DNA of 63,918 nucleotides, filler included, from Perkinsus olseni (Eukaryota): NCBI GenBank assembly GCA_013115125.1. It is 3 parts of 3 records of this genome, joined end to end, with 100 filler letters (N's around TTAATTAATTAA, not from the genome) between each part and the next. Parts side by side here need not be neighbours in the genome. Positions count along the whole stretch, not along the records: positions 48,223 to 63,918 come from JABANN010000695.1; 2 more parts are not named here. One strand, 5' to 3'. Shown piece by piece: positions 62,766 to 63,918 of this stretch (position 1 is its first letter; each line of letters starts with the position of its first letter). The notes under the pieces were generated by a model. It saw only the letters and a program-made list of their open reading frames with translations, ran no database searches and was not told where the DNA came from. The position numbers and the translations under genes were made by a program.

Positions 62766-63918
62766 TCACGCCATCACCGTCATGGTGATGCGGGTGGAAT
62801 ACCCTGCGCCACTCTTAATGGGCCATGCCTTTGAACGAAAGTAGTCCCCGGCGATAGGGATGGCGAATAGAAGTGTTGATAAAATCTGGCGGTTCCCTAA
62901 CGGGCGTTCACGGGTGGGCAACAATCTTGTGAAATCACTTGCCTCGCGTACAAGCACGTTCGCAGCTCAGCGCTCTCGAGTAGATCCGCAGGTGGAGCAC
63001 GCACGCGGGAAGCCCCCCAACACCCATCCGTACTCACAACACGAGTGCTCCAGAAGCCGCGGCGGGCACCTGACCAGTTCACGAGCATTGGCATCACTCA
63101 TGGATATTATAATCTGCCAGCAGCATTCCTGGCCTTTGCCAGTGCGTCGAGATCCTTGACGTGCCTTTCCAGGTCATTCTCGAGTTGTAGGAGCTCGGTC
63201 TTCTGGGCTGATAAGAGAAAGCGCCACGGTCTGTCAGTGACAGCTGTCGCCTCGAATGCTGTGTCGATCTTGAAATAAGAGAAAAACTCGGAGAGTACGT
63301 TAGACTGACTAGAAAACCCAGACCCTGGGCCTTAGAGCCAAAGCCCCACTCCAATCGGGAGTATGGGAGGTTCGCGCTGCGACGTAGTTACTAATCGAAG
63401 GACGCCATCGAATTGAAACACTGAGCAAAGCATGAAACACAGTCATTGGTATCGGGGAAAAATACGAAGAAAACAAGGATATTCGACGGAAAACAACAGC
63501 TAAGTTCCTGATGTTTATTAGTCTCACCTGTCATCCGTTTGAGTCGGTTGCGGGCTGCTTGCGTCCCTGGGGGAGGGGCCGATCTCTTCGACTCAGTTTC
63601 CACTGTACTCGACAGCTCCATAAGTCTTTCCTGTTTTACTTTGATGTCGTCTTTCAACTCTTCAAACTGAAGGAAAAGAACGTAACACCACTTTCCAACG
63701 ATATAAACGGGTTGGGCTGAAGAGCGACAGCGACACCAGGCGAGAACTCCTTGTCAGACTACAACTGCAACGACCTCACGGGTTAACCGGTACCCTGTAT
63801 TCGCCGGTTGCCAGAAGCTTCTCGCTCACCTACTCAGTTCAACGAATGTCAGAGCTAATCAATGATCAGCACTGTGTTATGGATGATCTTTCGTGGGCAT
63901 CGCTTGTAGGACGGTGGT
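62766..63918 (-). CDS. Coiled-coil hypothetical protein, 3' part (extends beyond the window)
   Basis: Heptad-like exons (LKDDIKVKQERLMELSSTVE; QKTELLQLENDLERHVKDLDALAKA) flanked by GT-AG introns. Confidence 0.4.

Overview
Eukaryotic, gene-dense genomic DNA. Most introns are short GT-AG introns of about 40-60 nt, and intergenic gaps are about 70-150 bp. Gene content and intron style suggest an alveolate protist, most plausibly Perkinsus (inference). The window is three contigs joined by artificial 100-bp N-TTAATTAATTAA-N linkers (24034-24133, 48123-48222), so adjacency across the linkers is not established. About 30 protein genes can be pieced together by hand: TUL1-type RING ligase, PrpB, a SET protein, CXIP4, NudC, EF-Ts, GlnRS, EngB, a mitochondrial carrier, an Aat/ATEL1-like transferase, DUF3431, TFB4, a HECT ligase end, two Cys-rich secreted paralogs, TRAPPC13, PARG, RCE1, DPH5, HID1, Kish, a flavin amine oxidase, an SDR, a TPR/FH2-like protein, a MYND protein and a DnaJ-thioredoxin protein. 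The most notable item is an intron-containing lipoprotein signal peptidase II (LspA, peptidase A8) homolog with both catalytic Asp residues, from a family regarded as bacterial. Also notable are a strongly over-represented, mostly intronic motif (GTATCTTAGGTTGAAG), a GlnRS with a CysRS-type C-terminal tail, a hAT-type MITE with a perfect 8-bp TSD, and long perfect palindromes. All exon joins and protein family calls are by eye, so gene ends are approximate.
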